Positions 37,524 to 48,531 of a stretch of 64,000 nt of DNA are shown one piece after another. Position 1 is the stretch's first letter; each line of letters starts with the position of its first letter. Origin of the DNA: Porticoccus sp. (GTDB taxonomy: Bacteria > Pseudomonadota > Gammaproteobacteria > Pseudomonadales > Porticoccaceae). Position numbers and translations under genes: made by a program. The stretch is taken from positions 35,860 to 99,859 of the forward strand of contig JAGPWA010000099.1 in assembly GCA_018066715.1 (NCBI GenBank). The letters run 5' to 3'. Below the pieces are notes generated by a model. It made no database searches, had not been told where the DNA came from, and saw nothing but the letters and a program-made list of their open reading frames with translations.

Positions 37524-38558
37524 TTAATGATTAAAAAACTGTCGCAACTGGATTTGGAAACCATTGCGTTGAGCGAGATACAGGCTTTCACCTTCCGCTA
37601 GCCCTGCCGCAGAGGCCCAGTTGCTCAGGTCGTCTGGCTCAAATCCCAGCCATAAGTCGCCACAGGCTTCTCGCGCCCAGCTTTGATCGTGATGGCATAA
37701 GTCAGTAACGAGCAATACGCCGCCAGGGGTGAGCAATTGAGCCAGATCTTCAAAGATGTGCGCGGGATCCGGTGTGTGGTGCAGTACCATATTAAGGGTA
37801 ATGCAGTTGGCCGTTAGCTGTTGTTCAAGGGCTAAGCTGGTATCACCGTGAACAAGCTGCACATTGGGCAGGCGTTGTTCCTCTGTTATCTTGCGGGACC
37901 GGCTGAGCATTTCATCTGAGGTGTCGAGAGCAATAACTTGGGAAAATCGTTTGGATAGGCTAGGTAGAAACCCGCCTTCTCCCGGACCCACTTCGAGCAC
38001 TACATCTTTTCTAACAGACGTGGCATCCAAAAATTCAGTGACGATTTCTCCGTACTGGGTATAGCCGGCAATCAAGTCTTGATTAGCATGAAACCGATCA
38101 GCATTTTGCCCAAAGAACTCTCGTGAGGCTTTTGTTCGCTCTTGATTGGTCAGGTCAATACGTTGCTGTAATGCGGAAGACAGTTCCAGTAGGTCAATAG
38201 TGGCAAACAGGTGGCGATGCAGTTCTTGCAGTGCAGGTTCTACAGGTAGCGGTGCGCGACGATAAAAAATTGAATTACCCTCTCGCCGAGTAGCAACCAG
38301 CCCAGCATTGGCCAAGACCTTAAGGTGGTGGCTCATGCCCGACTGCTTAACCTCAAATAGCTGGCTCAATTCAAGAACACCGTAGGCGTTATGTCGTAAC
38401 ACGCGGAGGATTTCCAAGCGCAACGGATCACCAGCGGCCTTACAAAAGGCAGCTAGCGTATCGGTGCAGAACACGTCCGGAAGGTCTGTTGGGTCCGTGT
38501 AGTGCTCTTCAATGGGTTGGGCAGCAATTGTCATGGGTGGGGACTTTATCACAGCCAA
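37524..38558 (-). CDS. ArsR/SmtB-family HTH regulator fused to a class I SAM-dependent methyltransferase domain
   Basis: The N-terminal wHTH reads LRLEILRVL ... SGMSHHLKVLANAGLV. The C-terminal domain has motif I VLEVGPGEGGF. It lies 33 nt upstream of metK and divergent from tktA, as in Pseudomonas. Confidence 0.85.
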   Translation of the reverse strand: MAVIKSPPMTIAAQPIEEHYTDPTDLPDVFCTDTLAAFCKAAGDPLRLEILRVLRHNAYGVLELSQLFEVKQSGMSHHLKVLANAGLVATRREGNSIFYRRAPLPVEPALQELHRHLFATIDLLELSSALQQRIDLTNQERTKASREFFGQNADRFHANQDLIAGYTQYGEIVTEFLDATSVRKDVVLEVGPGEGGFLPSLSKRFSQVIALDTSDEMLSRSRKITEEQRLPNVQLVHGDTSLALEQQLTANCITLNMVLHHTPDPAHIFEDLAQLLTPGGVLLVTDLCHHDQSWAREACGDLWLGFEPDDLSNWASAAGLAEGESLYLAQRNGFQIQLRQFFNH

Positions 38559-38562
38559 ATAC

Positions 38563-38586
38563 CTATATCAAAATATATTGATATAG
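38563..38586. promoter_or_regulatory. Candidate ArsR-type operator (9-6-9 inverted repeat)
   Basis: ctatatcaa-aatata-ttgatatag begins 5 nt upstream of the regulator start codon, within the divergent promoter region shared with tktA. Confidence 0.4.
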
Positions 38587-38730
38587 ACTGAGGGGGTAGA
38601 CCTAAAAATAGATGAGAATGAATGGCGATATTGACCAAAAGATCGTCGCTGGCTGTTTACTGAGCAGCGCTAGTACGAGAAAATAGCGCCCCTCTTCAAC
38701 CCCCTATTTTTCCAGCAGGAGCTCTTCTTG

Positions 38731-40725
38731 ATGCCAACCAGACGTGATCTCGCCAATGCGATTCGTGCACTCAGTATGGATGCCGTTCAACAAGCCAACA
38801 GTGGTCACCCCGGTGCTCCCATGGGTATGGCTGATATCGCAGAGGTACTGTGGAATGACTACCTAGTCCACAATCCTGCTGATCCCAGCTGGGCTAACCG
38901 CGATCGCTTTGTGCTGTCGAACGGTCATGGCTCCATGTTGTTATATTCCCTGCTGCACCTAAGTGGTTATGACCTTCCTATTGAAGAGCTGAAAAACTTC
39001 CGTCAGTTGCATTCTAAAACCCCGGGACACCCAGAATACGGCTATGCGCCCGGTGTAGAGACGACTACAGGCCCATTGGGGCAGGGTCTCAGTAATGCTG
39101 TAGGTATGGCGCTAGCCGAGAAAATTCTTGCTGCTCAATTTAACCGTCCTGGCCATGATGTGGTGGATCACCACACCTATTGCTTCCTTGGTGATGGTTG
39201 TTTGATGGAAGGTATTTCACATGAGGTTTCCTCTCTGGCAGGTACTCATAAGCTGGGTAAGCTGATTGCCTTCTATGATGACAATGGCATCTCTATTGAT
39301 GGTGAGGTTGAGGGTTGGTTTACCGATGATACACCCGCTCGTTTTGAGGCTTATGGCTGGCAGGTCATCCCCAGTGTAGATGGGCATGACTCCGCAGCGA
39401 TCAAAGCTGCTATCGAAGTAGCCCGCCTGGAAACAGATAAACCTACGCTGATATGCTGTAAAACCATTATTGGTTTTGGCTCTCCCAGCAAGCAGGGCAA
39501 AGAAGATTGCCACGGAGCACCACTGGGTGCCGATGAAATCATTCTGGCTCGCGAGCAATTGGGTTGGAAGCATGGGCCATTTGATGTGCCCACCGATATT
39601 TATGCCCGTTGGAATGGTGTGGAGAAGGGCTCCTCTGCACAGTCGACCTGGAATGAAAAGTTAAATGGTTACCGCACTGCACACCCAGAGCTGGCGGCTG
39701 AGTTTGAGCGCCGAGTGAATGGAGAATTACCAGCGGACTTCAGCGAAAAGGCCGATGCGTATATTGATCAGTGCCAGCAGTCTATGGAAAAAGTGGCCTC
39801 TCGTAAGGCCTCACAGAATTGCCTGAATGCCTATGGACCGTTGTTGCCAGAATTACTGGGTGGGTCTGCGGACTTGGCGGGTTCTAACCTGACGCTTTGG
39901 TCTGATTCTAAAGGGGTTAGTGCAGACGATGCTTCCGGCAACTATATCTTCTATGGTGTCCGCGAATTTGGCATGAGTGCCATGATGAACGGCATCACCT
40001 TACATGGTGGGTTTATCACCTACGGTGCGACCTTCCTGATGTTTATGGAATACGCTCGCAATGCTGTTCGTATGGCAGCATTGATGAAGCAGAAGACTAT
40101 TTTTGTCTACACCCATGACTCCATTGGTCTGGGTGAAGATGGTCCGACCCATCAGCCTGTGGAGCAACTGACTTCATTGCGTTCTACGCCCAATCTACAT
40201 ACTTGGCGCCCCTGCGACACCGTAGAGTCGGCGGTGTGCTGGAAGAGTGCGATTGAGCGTAAGGACGGTCCCAGTGCATTGATTTTCAGCCGCCAAGGTT
40301 TGGCGCCGCAGCTGCGTAACAAGGATCAACTGGCCAATGTGGCACGGGGTGGCTACATACTTCGTGATTGCAGTAGTGAGCCTCAGGCCATCATTATTGC
40401 TACCGGTTCTGAAGTAGAGCTGGCTATCGATGCAGCCAATGATTTATCTGCCAAAGGCGTTAAGGTTCGTGTTGTCTCCATGCCCTGCGCTGAGATATTT
40501 ACTGCCCAAGAGTCATCCTATCGTGACGCGGTATTACCTCCGAGTGTTCGTACCCGTGTGGCAGTAGAAGCAGGCCATGCGGATTACTGGTACAAATTTG
40601 TCGGTCTTGATGGCCGTGTTGTCGGTATGACCACGTTTGGGGAGTCTGCTCCCGGTGGCGAACTGATGAAGCAGTTTGGCTTTACCGTAGAAAATGTTGT
40701 TAAGGCCGTAAAGTCGCAACTCTAG
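38731..40725 (+). CDS. tktA: Transketolase
   Basis: [14 protein letters not shown] motif [30 protein letters not shown]. Confidence 0.95.
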   Translation: MPTRRDLANAIRALSMDAVQQANSGHPGAPMGMADIAEVLWNDYLVHNPADPSWANRDRFVLSNGHGSMLLYSLLHLSGYDLPIEELKNFRQLHSKTPGHPEYGYAPGVETTTGPLGQGLSNAVGMALAEKILAAQFNRPGHDVVDHHTYCFLGDGCLMEGISHEVSSLAGTHKLGKLIAFYDDNGISIDGEVEGWFTDDTPARFEAYGWQVIPSVDGHDSAAIKAAIEVARLETDKPTLICCKTIIGFGSPSKQGKEDCHGAPLGADEIILAREQLGWKHGPFDVPTDIYARWNGVEKGSSAQSTWNEKLNGYRTAHPELAAEFERRVNGELPADFSEKADAYIDQCQQSMEKVASRKASQNCLNAYGPLLPELLGGSADLAGSNLTLWSDSKGVSADDASGNYIFYGVREFGMSAMMNGITLHGGFITYGATFLMFMEYARNAVRMAALMKQKTIFVYTHDSIGLGEDGPTHQPVEQLTSLRSTPNLHTWRPCDTVESAVCWKSAIERKDGPSALIFSRQGLAPQLRNKDQLANVARGGYILRDCSSEPQAIIIATGSEVELAIDAANDLSAKGVKVRVVSMPCAEIFTAQESSYRDAVLPPSVRTRVAVEAGHADYWYKFVGLDGRVVGMTTFGESAPGGELMKQFGFTVENVVKAVKSQL

Positions 40726-40828
40726 TTTCTACTGATGTAATGGCGGCTGATGTAATGACTATAGACTTAGTTGCTACAGAAATAATTGATACTGGAATGA
40801 CAATGAGTCCACAGCAGGGTTATCACCA

Positions 40829-41836
40829 TTGATTCGCGCGGCGATTAACGGCTATGGCCGCATCGGTCGCTCGGTGCTGCGAGCGCTGTATGAGTCCAAG
40901 GGTTGTGAGAACATTCGGGTAGTGGCCATCAACGAGCCCGCTGACTGCAAAACCATTGCCCACTTAACCAAGTATGATTCCACCCATGGTCGCTTTCCCG
41001 GCAGTGTAGAGCTTACTGATGATGTACTGACGGTGAATGGTGATGCCATTTCAGTCTTTCACAGTGAAGATATTCAACAGCTGCCTTGGGCTGAATTAGA
41101 TATTGATGTGGTGCTGGAGTGTAGCGGTACATTTACTGATCGTGAAACGGCAGAGCAACATCTGTCTGCTGGCGCTAAAAAAGTAGTGTTTTCACAACCG
41201 GCTGAATCCACTGTAGATGCCACCATTGTGATGGGCGTCAACGAGCAGAGCCTGAGTGGCGAAGAGACCATTATTTCTAATGCCTCTTGTTCTACCAATT
41301 GTGTGGTTCCGGTGATTAAGACATTACACGAGGCCTTTGATATTGAAGGTGGGGTCATTACTACCATTCACTCGGCAATGAACGATCAGCCCGTCATCGA
41401 TGCTTATCACCATACTGATTTACGGAAAACTCGTGCCGCAGTACAGTCAATTATTCCGGTGGATACGGGCCTGGCTCGTGGTATCGATCGACTGCTTCCT
41501 GAACTGGAAGGCCGCTTTGAAGCTCAGGCCATGCGAGTGCCCACTATTAATGTGTCAGTCATCGACTTATCGGTATTACTGAAAACCGAGGTGGATATCA
41601 CTGCTGTGAATCAGGTGTTACAGCAGGCAGCTGGCGGCCCCTTAGCGGGTATCCTGGGCTATACCGAAGAACCCTTGGCTTCCTGTGATTTTAATCACGA
41701 CCCCCGCAGTGGAATCGTCGATGCTAGCCAAACCCGGGTTAGTCAGAAGCGGTTAGTGAAGGTGTTGATTTGGTTTGATAACGAATGGGGATATGCCAAT
41801 CGCATGGTTGAGCTGGTCACGCACTGGCTAACCTAG
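40829..41836 (+). CDS. epd: Erythrose-4-phosphate dehydrogenase (GAPDH family)
   Basis: INGYGRIGR, active site [21 protein letters not shown]. Its position between tkt and pgk is typical of epd. TTG start. Confidence 0.8.
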   Translation: MIRAAINGYGRIGRSVLRALYESKGCENIRVVAINEPADCKTIAHLTKYDSTHGRFPGSVELTDDVLTVNGDAISVFHSEDIQQLPWAELDIDVVLECSGTFTDRETAEQHLSAGAKKVVFSQPAESTVDATIVMGVNEQSLSGEETIISNASCSTNCVVPVIKTLHEAFDIEGGVITTIHSAMNDQPVIDAYHHTDLRKTRAAVQSIIPVDTGLARGIDRLLPELEGRFEAQAMRVPTINVSVIDLSVLLKTEVDITAVNQVLQQAAGGPLAGILGYTEEPLASCDFNHDPRSGIVDASQTRVSQKRLVKVLIWFDNEWGYANRMVELVTHWLT

Positions 41837-41868
41837 GGCCTGTTAACAAGAAAGAAAGTGAGAACAAT

Positions 41869-43053
41869 ATGACCCTGAATGTCATTAAAATGATGGATTT
41901 GGATTTGACCGGCAAGCGGGTATTGATTCGTGAAGACCTCAATGTGCCGATTAAAGAAGGTGTCGTTACCTCAGATGCACGAATTCGTGCGGCGCTGCCT
42001 ACCATCAAGTATGCAATGAATGCAGGTGCTAAAGTTGTTTTGATGTCCCACTTGGGTCGCCCCACTGAAGGGGAGTTTGATCCGCAATTCTCCATGCAGC
42101 CCGTGGCTAACCACCTGGGAAAATTACTTGGCTCAGAAGTAAAAATTGTTAGTGATTGGGCATCAGGTACCGGGTTGCAAGAGGGTGAATTGCAAGACGG
42201 CGAGTTGGCACTGTTGGAAAATGTTCGCTTTAACCCCGGTGAGAAAAAAGATGATGAGACCCTAGCCAGGGCCTACGCATCGCTATGCGATATTTTTGTG
42301 ATGGACGCTTTTGGTACTGCCCACCGCGCTCAGGCTTCCACCCATGGTGTGGCCAAATATGCACCGGTGTCTTGTGCCGGGCCACTGCTGGTTGGAGAGC
42401 TGGATGCATTGGAAAAAGCCTTAGCCAATCCTGCCCGACCGATGGTTGCTATTGTTGGTGGTTCTAAAGTGTCCACGAAGCTAACTGTTCTGGAAACACT
42501 CTCGGATAGAGCAGATCAACTGATTGTTGGCGGGGGTATCGCCAATACATTTTTGGCAGCACAGGGGTTACCTGTGGGTAAATCCCTTTGTGAGCATGAT
42601 CTGATTCCCGTCGCTAAAAGTCTGATGGCTAAAACCAGTATTCCGCTGCCTTCAGACGTGGTGGTAGGTAAAGAATTTTCAGAATTTGCTGAAGCTATAC
42701 TTAAAGGAGCGGGGGAGGTTGCGGATGACGATATGATTTTTGATATCGGCCCAACCACAGCGAAAGCACTGGCGGAGTTGATCAAAAGTGCAGGCACCAT
42801 TATTTGGAATGGCCCCGTGGGGGTGTTTGAATTTGACCAGTTTGGCGAGGGAACCCGGGTAATAGCAGAGGCTATCGCCGCCAGCGATGCTTTCTCCATT
42901 GCAGGTGGCGGCGACACCTTGGCCGCAGTGGACAAATACGGTATCGCTGATAAAATTTCCTATATCTCTACAGGCGGTGGCGCTTTCCTGGAATATGTAG
43001 AGGGCAAAGTACTACCCGCTGTTGCTGTGCTTGAAGCACGCGCCAGCACTTGA
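41869..43053 (+). CDS. pgk: Phosphoglycerate kinase
   Basis: [33 protein letters not shown]. Confidence 0.95.
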   Translation: MTLNVIKMMDLDLTGKRVLIREDLNVPIKEGVVTSDARIRAALPTIKYAMNAGAKVVLMSHLGRPTEGEFDPQFSMQPVANHLGKLLGSEVKIVSDWASGTGLQEGELQDGELALLENVRFNPGEKKDDETLARAYASLCDIFVMDAFGTAHRAQASTHGVAKYAPVSCAGPLLVGELDALEKALANPARPMVAIVGGSKVSTKLTVLETLSDRADQLIVGGGIANTFLAAQGLPVGKSLCEHDLIPVAKSLMAKTSIPLPSDVVVGKEFSEFAEAILKGAGEVADDDMIFDIGPTTAKALAELIKSAGTIIWNGPVGVFEFDQFGEGTRVIAEAIAASDAFSIAGGGDTLAAVDKYGIADKISYISTGGGAFLEYVEGKVLPAVAVLEARAST

Positions 43054-43158
43054 ATCATACACATAGAATTAACAACAGAATTAGCGGCTAGGCCGCAACC
43101 GTCCGGTAGCTGTTTTTAGCGACCGGGCCTATCACCAACATAAGTAAGGAACAGGCTC

Positions 43159-44211
43159 ATGGCACTTATCTCAATGCGTCAATTGTTGGATCACGCCGCT
43201 GAAAATAACTACGGCGTTCCTGCATTTAATGTCAATAATTTGGAACAGATACGCGCAATTATGGAAGCTGCGGATCAAACTAACTCACCTGTGATTGTTC
43301 AGGCTTCAGCAGGCGCCAGAAAATATGCCGGTGCACCGTTTTTGCGTCACCTGATACTGGCGGCTATTGAAGAGTTTCCGCATATTCCCGTCTGTATGCA
43401 TCAGGATCACGGCACCAGCCCCGCCATTTGTCAGCGTTCCATCCAGTTGGGCTTTAGTTCAGTGATGATGGATGGCTCACTGGAAGAAAACGGTAAAACG
43501 CCCGCTTCCTACGAATACAACGTTGAGGTCACTCGGCGGACAGTTGAAATGGCCCATGCCTGTGGTGTATCTGTAGAAGGTGAACTGGGTTGTCTCGGTT
43601 CACTGGAAACCGGTCAGGCTGGCGAAGAAGATGGTGTGGGTGCAGAAGGCACGCTGTCTCATGATCAAATGCTGACGGACCCTGAAGAAGCAGCAGATTT
43701 TGTGACTAAAACCGGTGTAGATGCGCTGGCGATTGCTATTGGTACATCACATGGCGCTTACAAGTTTTCACGACCACCTACTGGGGATATTCTTGATATT
43801 GATCGTATCAAGGCAATTCATGCTCGTATCCCCAACACCCACCTAGTTATGCATGGTTCTTCCTCTGTGCCTCAGGAGTGGCTGGCGGTCATCAATGAGT
43901 TTGGCGGTGAAATCCCTGAAACCTACGGTGTGCCTGTAGAAGAAATCGTCGAAGGCATCAAACATGGTGTGTGCAAGGTGAACATCGATACTGATTTGCG
44001 GTTGGCTTCCACGGGTGCTGTGCGTCGATTCCTGGCGAATAACAAAGCAGAATTTGATCCACGAAAATACCTGGCGGCGACGACCGATGCAATGAAGGAA
44101 ATTTGTGTGGCCCGCTACGAAGCCTTTGGTACGGCAGGTAATGCCAGCAAAATAACCCCAGTAAGTTTAGACGCTATGTTTCAGAGCTACTTGAGTGGAG
44201 AGTTGGCGTAG
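43159..44211 (+). CDS. fba: Class II fructose-bisphosphate aldolase
   Basis: [32 protein letters not shown]. Confidence 0.95.
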   Translation: MALISMRQLLDHAAENNYGVPAFNVNNLEQIRAIMEAADQTNSPVIVQASAGARKYAGAPFLRHLILAAIEEFPHIPVCMHQDHGTSPAICQRSIQLGFSSVMMDGSLEENGKTPASYEYNVEVTRRTVEMAHACGVSVEGELGCLGSLETGQAGEEDGVGAEGTLSHDQMLTDPEEAADFVTKTGVDALAIAIGTSHGAYKFSRPPTGDILDIDRIKAIHARIPNTHLVMHGSSSVPQEWLAVINEFGGEIPETYGVPVEEIVEGIKHGVCKVNIDTDLRLASTGAVRRFLANNKAEFDPRKYLAATTDAMKEICVARYEAFGTAGNASKITPVSLDAMFQSYLSGELA

Positions 44212-44255
44212 CCTGCGCGTCATCAAAAAAAAGATTGAATAAAACAAGGCTGAAT

Positions 44256-44293
44256 GAAAAAAGGGTGGTTAGCTTATAACCACCCTTTTTTTT
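44256..44293. terminator. Bidirectional rho-independent terminator
   Basis: A run, gggtggtta-gctta-taaccaccc, T run. It sits between the convergent fba and lipoprotein genes. Confidence 0.7.
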
Positions 44294-44301
44294 GCCATAA
44301 T

Positions 44302-44994
44302 TTATAAACCCAACGATTTCTTATATTCCTCAACGGCCTCAACTAAGGCAGCAATTTCAGCCAAGTATAACGTTGCTAAATAAGTGGGGCCAGATCTTGG
44401 CAGCATCGTATATCGCAACTGAGCCTGAGAGTCACCGGTATAACCTTCTGAAAGTTTGGTTATCTGCTCCTGATCGAGAGTAAAAACAACACGTTCCGAT
44501 GGATAGCATCCCGATCGTCTTGCGGCGCCAGTTTCTGTTGATTCGAGACAATCTACTTTCCGTTCTAAAATAGTTGCGTCTATGAATTTTGTCTCACCGT
44601 TTGAGTCATAACGCACCTCACGGTATAGATGAAGCTTATGAGATCTGTACTTTACGATAGTATTAATTTGATAAGTGATATCCCCTGTTGCTTTATCCAC
44701 AGCGGCGCTGATATAGCTCTCTCCCCAGGGTCTACGATCATTAACCTTGCCCTTCTTAAACCCATTAATAGTAGAGAACACGATCGTTTTTCCCGAGTCT
44801 CTCTCTTTTGTGATGATGGACTGTTTAAAGTGGGCTTTGTCCAAGGTGGGAGGGGGTTTAGCGGATTTAACAGGTTCAACAGAAGGCGGGGTAGAAGGTC
44901 GTTCTGGTGACGTGTCTGGTGTACTCGTGCTTGAACATCCATGTAGAAATAGCGCCATAACTAAATAAAAAAAGAAACGGTGATTAATTCGCAT
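44302..44994 (-). CDS. Hypothetical lipoprotein, paralogue 1
   Basis: Lipobox LFLHGCSS followed by a Pro/Ser/Thr-rich linker. It shares blocks with the neighbouring gene: LDKAxFK, GKTIxFSTINGxKK, SYISA, VDC, AEIxALVEAV. Confidence 0.6.
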   Translation of the reverse strand: MRINHRFFFYLVMALFLHGCSSTSTPDTSPERPSTPPSVEPVKSAKPPPTLDKAHFKQSIITKERDSGKTIVFSTINGFKKGKVNDRRPWGESYISAAVDKATGDITYQINTIVKYRSHKLHLYREVRYDSNGETKFIDATILERKVDCLESTETGAARRSGCYPSERVVFTLDQEQITKLSEGYTGDSQAQLRYTMLPRSGPTYLATLYLAEIAALVEAVEEYKKSLGL

Positions 44995-45004
44995 ATTGTT
45001 GTCC

Positions 45005-45025
45005 TAAAAAAGTAGTGGCCACTAC
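45005..45025 (-). terminator. Possible terminator between the two lipoprotein paralogues
   Basis: On the minus strand, gtagtggccactac is followed by tttttt, 14 nt before the paralogue-1 ATG. Confidence 0.4.
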
Positions 45026-45166
45026 AGTGTCGCCAGTTTCTTGGATGTCTGATATTAAATTATAGCTGATTGTAAAAGCATTGAAGAAAAGTAACGCCTG
45101 AGCTATTTACAGGGTCATCAATAATGGATAAGAGAACACTCTATGCCCTAGTATTTTCCTCTTTTC

Positions 45167-45814
45167 TTATAAATCCTGAGGCCTTTTGATCTCATTCACA
45201 GCCTCAACTAAGGCTGTAATTTCTGCCACGAATAAATAGGCCGAATAACTCTTTCCTGTTTCTGGTGATAATGTATATCGCCACTTGTCTTGAGAGCCTT
45301 CCGAATAACTCTGCACAATCTGTTCAATGGTTTGTTGATTCATTGTGAATACAATATGTTCCTTGCGTAGACACCCACTATATTGGCTCCCCTTGCAGTC
45401 CACCATTTGCTCGACTACCGTGCCATCATCCGACTGCTGACGGCCAGCTACTGTGTAATTGATGTGTTTGTATAAGCGTGCGTCATGATCTTTATATTTT
45501 ATGATGCTATCAATTTTGTACGTGGCTTCGTCCGTTGTTTTGTTCACGGTTGCACTGATGTAACTGTCACCTATCACATTGTATTGAGTCAGTAATCGCT
45601 GTTTTTTATATCCGTTAATCGTTGAAAATATGATCGTTTTTCCATTATTCTCTTTTTCAACACCTTTCTCTGTAGTGGTTAGTCGCACTTTAAAATAGGC
45701 TTTGTCGAGATTAGCAGGTTGGGTCGTTGATGAGCCTGGTGTGCCCACGCTTGAGCAACTCTGTAAAAAGAGAGCTAGGAATAAATAAAAAATAATAAGG
45801 CAGTTTTTTCCCAT
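45167..45814 (-). CDS. Hypothetical lipoprotein, paralogue 2
   Basis: The start at MGKNCLIIFYLFLALFLQSCSS (lipobox) has a gaggga SD. It is homologous to 44302-44994 along its full length. Confidence 0.6.
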   Translation of the reverse strand: MGKNCLIIFYLFLALFLQSCSSVGTPGSSTTQPANLDKAYFKVRLTTTEKGVEKENNGKTIIFSTINGYKKQRLLTQYNVIGDSYISATVNKTTDEATYKIDSIIKYKDHDARLYKHINYTVAGRQQSDDGTVVEQMVDCKGSQYSGCLRKEHIVFTMNQQTIEQIVQSYSEGSQDKWRYTLSPETGKSYSAYLFVAEITALVEAVNEIKRPQDL

Positions 45815-45968
45815 GATTCCCTCGGCCTTAAAATTGAAATCTTCGTTATACATAGTTTGTATGCGTTCCTGATATTTAGTTCAATGGCGCTAAACACATG
45901 TCCCTCATAAAGGGTTTTCTATTATAGTAGTGAATTGAAACTGTGCAGCCCCTGAGCAATCTGAATAG

Positions 45969-46922
45969 ATGAGCATCACCCCTGAGCAACTAGACAAAGT
46001 ACGCCGTGAATTAAGACCATTGGTCTTTGATTTTTCGCAGGACAGCACTGTAAAAACGGCGGAGGAAGCCCTCTACTTAAACCACTATAGTTTAGATCTA
46101 CCTGCAGAGTTGACGGATATTAGCCATTATTTGGGTTATTTGCCCAGCAGTGGTTTCAAGCTCGCGACGCACTACTGGTTGCCAGAAAATCCTCGTGGCA
46201 CTTATTTTGTTGTGCACGGCTATTTTGATCACATAGGCCTCTACGGCCAATTGATACATCACCTTTTAAGCCTGAATTATGCAGTGGTAGCTTTTGACCT
46301 GCCTGGTCATGGGTTGTCCAGTGGAGAGAGGGTGACCATTGAAAGCTTTGATCATTATGTGGATGTTTTTTCAGACCTGCTGCACCGTTGTCATTCACAC
46401 CTCCCTAAACCCTGGAAGGCGGTAGGGCAGAGTACCGGGGGTGCGATTCTGTTGAAATATATTCTGGCCGCTAAACCTCATCATTATCAGAACGACCTCG
46501 CTGACATTACAGTGCTTGCGCCACTTATTCATCCGAGGGGTTGGAAAAAAAGTCAAAAAACTTACAAATTTCTGCACCGTTTTTTGAAAAAAATAAGGCG
46601 AAAGTTTAGATCGAATACAGCGAATGAAGAATTTAACCATTTTCTGGAAAATGATGATCCATTACAGGAAAATTATATCCCTATGGAATGGATAGCATCG
46701 ATGAAACGATGGACAGAGGAATTTTCCGCATTACCGCCCAGTGATTATCCGTTAATGGTGATCCAGGGAAACTGCGACATGACCGTGGCTTGGCAGCATA
46801 ATACCGATGAGTTGAGAAAAAAATTCTGTCATTTGACGTTAGAGGTTATTGCCGGCGCACAGCATCATTTGGTGAATGAAGAGCAACAGTTAAGAAATAA
46901 AGTATTTAAAATAATTAATTAG
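45969..46922 (+). CDS. Alpha/beta hydrolase (lysophospholipase/monoglyceride lipase-like)
   Basis: HGYFDH oxyanion region, nucleophile elbow GQSTGG, late His in AGAQHH. Confidence 0.78.
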   Translation: MSITPEQLDKVRRELRPLVFDFSQDSTVKTAEEALYLNHYSLDLPAELTDISHYLGYLPSSGFKLATHYWLPENPRGTYFVVHGYFDHIGLYGQLIHHLLSLNYAVVAFDLPGHGLSSGERVTIESFDHYVDVFSDLLHRCHSHLPKPWKAVGQSTGGAILLKYILAAKPHHYQNDLADITVLAPLIHPRGWKKSQKTYKFLHRFLKKIRRKFRSNTANEEFNHFLENDDPLQENYIPMEWIASMKRWTEEFSALPPSDYPLMVIQGNCDMTVAWQHNTDELRKKFCHLTLEVIAGAQHHLVNEEQQLRNKVFKIIN

Positions 46923-46955
46923 CATCTAAGGTCTTTAGTAAAAGTTAATAGACAT

Positions 46956-46987
46956 AAAAAAGGACTTCAAATGAAGTCCTTTTTTTA
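46956..46987. terminator. Bidirectional rho-independent terminator
   Basis: aaaaa-aggacttc-aaat-gaagtcct-ttttttt between the convergent hydrolase and serA genes. Confidence 0.75.
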
Positions 46988-47036
46988 ATTAAAAAAACGA
47001 ATTTTTAAACAGAGCTGTTTTTAAAACAAAGATTTT

Positions 47037-48278
47037 TTAAAATAACACCCTGCAACGCATTGTTCCTTCAATACCCTTGAGTGCTTTAAGCGCTACAGTG
47101 CTGTATTCCGCGTCTACATCAAGAACCACATAACCCACTTTTTCGTTGGTTTGCAGGTGCTGACCACAGATGTTGATATTGTTGTCGGAGAACACTTGGT
47201 TAATGGCGGTCATGATACCAGGCACATTGTGGTGAACGTGTAGCAGACGGTGGGTGCCTACCAAGGGTGGTAATGATACTTGTGGGAAGTTAACCGCGCT
47301 GACGGTAGTCCCTTTGTCGCTGTAACTCACCATTTTCTCGGCCACTTCCAGACCAATATTTTCCTGAGCTTCTTGAGTAGAGCCACCGATATGAGGCGTC
47401 AGGATAACGTTATCAAACTGACGCAATGGCGAGATAAATTCTTCCTGATTAGATTTAGGTTCGGTGGGAAATACATCGATGGCGGCGCCAGCTAGATGCT
47501 TGCTTTCAAGTAGCGAACAGAGCGCCTCAATATCGACGACCTGACCACGTGCAGCATTGATCAGGATGCCGCCTTTCTTTATTGCGCCCAATTCCTCTGG
47601 CCCCATCATATAGCGAGTGGCCGAGGTGTCGGGTACATGTAACGAGACCACATCAGACAGGCTTAGCAGTGCCTTGAGATCAGAGACCTGCTCAGCATTA
47701 CCCAAGGGAAGCTTGGTGATCACGTCGTAAAATTTTACTTTCATACCCATAGCTTCAGCCATGACGCTGATTTGGCTGCCAATATTGCCGTAGCCAACAA
47801 TACCCAGGGTTTTTCCGCGTACTTCGTAAGAATCACTGGCTGATTTGAGCCAGGTGCCTCGGTGGGCAGCCGCACTCTTCTCGGGAATGCCGCGCATCAG
47901 CATAATAGTTTCAGCGATCACCAGCTCAGCCACGCTACGAGTGTTGGAGTAGGGGGCATTGAAGACCACCACACCATGTTCAGTAGCAGCCTGAATATCA
48001 ACCTGATTGGTGCCAATACAGAAGCACCCAACACCGATCAGTTTTTTCCCGGCTTCAAAAACCTTGCGGTTGAGTTGGGAGCGAGAGCGAATACCAACAA
48101 AGTGAAAATCCTTAATTTTTTCCACGAGCTCATCTTCTGGCAGAGCAGACTTCAGGTATTCCACATTGGTATACCCGGCAGCTTCCAGGGTGGCTACGGC
48201 GGAAGGGTGCACTCCTTCCAGTAATAGAAATTTGATTTTGGCTTTGTCTAATGAAAAGCCGAGGGAAGAATTAGCCAT
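47037..48278 (-). CDS. serA: D-3-phosphoglycerate dehydrogenase
   Basis: 413 aa. Contains the NAD site GIVGYGNIGSQ, the catalytic region PHIGGST and a C-terminal ACT domain. Confidence 0.93.
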   Translation of the reverse strand: MANSSLGFSLDKAKIKFLLLEGVHPSAVATLEAAGYTNVEYLKSALPEDELVEKIKDFHFVGIRSRSQLNRKVFEAGKKLIGVGCFCIGTNQVDIQAATEHGVVVFNAPYSNTRSVAELVIAETIMLMRGIPEKSAAAHRGTWLKSASDSYEVRGKTLGIVGYGNIGSQISVMAEAMGMKVKFYDVITKLPLGNAEQVSDLKALLSLSDVVSLHVPDTSATRYMMGPEELGAIKKGGILINAARGQVVDIEALCSLLESKHLAGAAIDVFPTEPKSNQEEFISPLRQFDNVILTPHIGGSTQEAQENIGLEVAEKMVSYSDKGTTVSAVNFPQVSLPPLVGTHRLLHVHHNVPGIMTAINQVFSDNNINICGQHLQTNEKVGYVVLDVDAEYSTVALKALKGIEGTMRCRVLF

Positions 48279-48284
48279 ACTATT

Positions 48285-48329
48285 CTCGTAGGTGCATGCC
48301 TCGTAGGTGCATGTCTCGTGGGTGAATGT
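48285..48329. repeat. 3 x 15-bp tandem repeat in the serA / FAD-oxidoreductase divergent intergenic region
   Basis: The units are ctcgtaggtgcatgc, ctcgtaggtgcatgt and ctcgtgggtgaatgt. Three further spaced copies of attgggcta lie at 48369, 48382 and 48399. Confidence 0.85.
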
Positions 48330-48531
48330 CGCTTGGTAGACGTTTCTTGAATAGCCGCTCTGCGGGCGATTGGGCTAGCTAATTGGGCTACTAACTAAAT
48401 TGGGCTACTAAAACGCACCACTTTAACGGTATAAAAACGTCAACTATCTAAAAACCAGTTATCTAAAAAAAGGGGGCGGCTATGATACCATGCACGCCCC
48501 CTGATAACTGCCCCTTTTGGAGGTGTTTAAG

